Below, in pieces: positions 63,730 through 64,000 of a stretch of 64,000 nt of DNA (positions within the stretch are counted from its first letter, which is position 1; each line of letters begins with the position of its first letter). The DNA lies in assembly GCF_006345805.1 (NCBI RefSeq), contig NC_042999.1, positions 23,684,001 through 23,748,000 on the forward strand, given 5' to 3'. The translations under genes were made by a program, and so were the position numbers. The notes under the pieces were generated by a model, which was not told the DNA's origin, searched no databases, and saw only the letters and a program-made list of their open reading frames with translations. Source of the stretch: Octopus sinensis. Lineage: Eukaryota.

Positions 63730-63943
63730 TTTTGTCCCCCTAGCATTGCTTGACAACCGATGCTGGTGTGTTTACTTCCCCGTCATTAGCGGTTCGGCAA
63801 AAGAGACCGATAAAATAAGTACTGGGCTTACAAAGAATAAGTCCCGGGGTCGATTTGATCGACTAAAGGCGGTGCTCCAGCATGGCCGCAGTCAAATGAC
63901 TGAAACAAGTAAAAGAGTAAAAGAGTATATATATATATTTATT

Positions 63944-63980
<37 letters not shown>

Positions 63981-64000
63981 TTATATATAGAGGGCATTAT

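Overview
AT-rich, intron- and repeat-dense animal genomic DNA. The SINE and microsatellite content suggests an octopod cephalopod; this is an inference and was not checked. Two convergent (tail-to-tail) paralogous genes for secreted IgGFc-binding-protein/zonadhesin/tectorin-like D-domain proteins dominate the window, and both begin outside it. Gene A (+, <1-18176) has 13 phase-consistent exons: EGF x5, VWD (2 exons), C8, TIL, TILa/EGF-like, PAN, PAN, and a terminal micro-exon GFSE* with AATAAA. Gene B (-, >61270 to at least 37962) is a 7-8 kb tandem array of three VWD-VWD-C8-TIL-TILa blocks plus one extra TILa exon. Its VWDs keep the GDPH motif, and several exons carry 1-2 bp indels that look like long-read errors. 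An inverted duplication of gene A's 3' end (about 16165-19330 vs 30990-35442) places a copy of the GFSE* exon and poly(A) signal downstream of gene B, in a compatible phase. The spacer holds a nearly intact 4.6 kb CR1-type LINE and a decayed Penelope-like element (PLE). Also present: several PLE-type minimal hammerhead ribozyme motifs, a 273 bp near-perfect palindrome, mariner/maT remnants, RTE and R4/Dong-type LINE fragments, and many tRNA-derived SINEs. No CRISPR array, rRNA or true tRNA gene was found.
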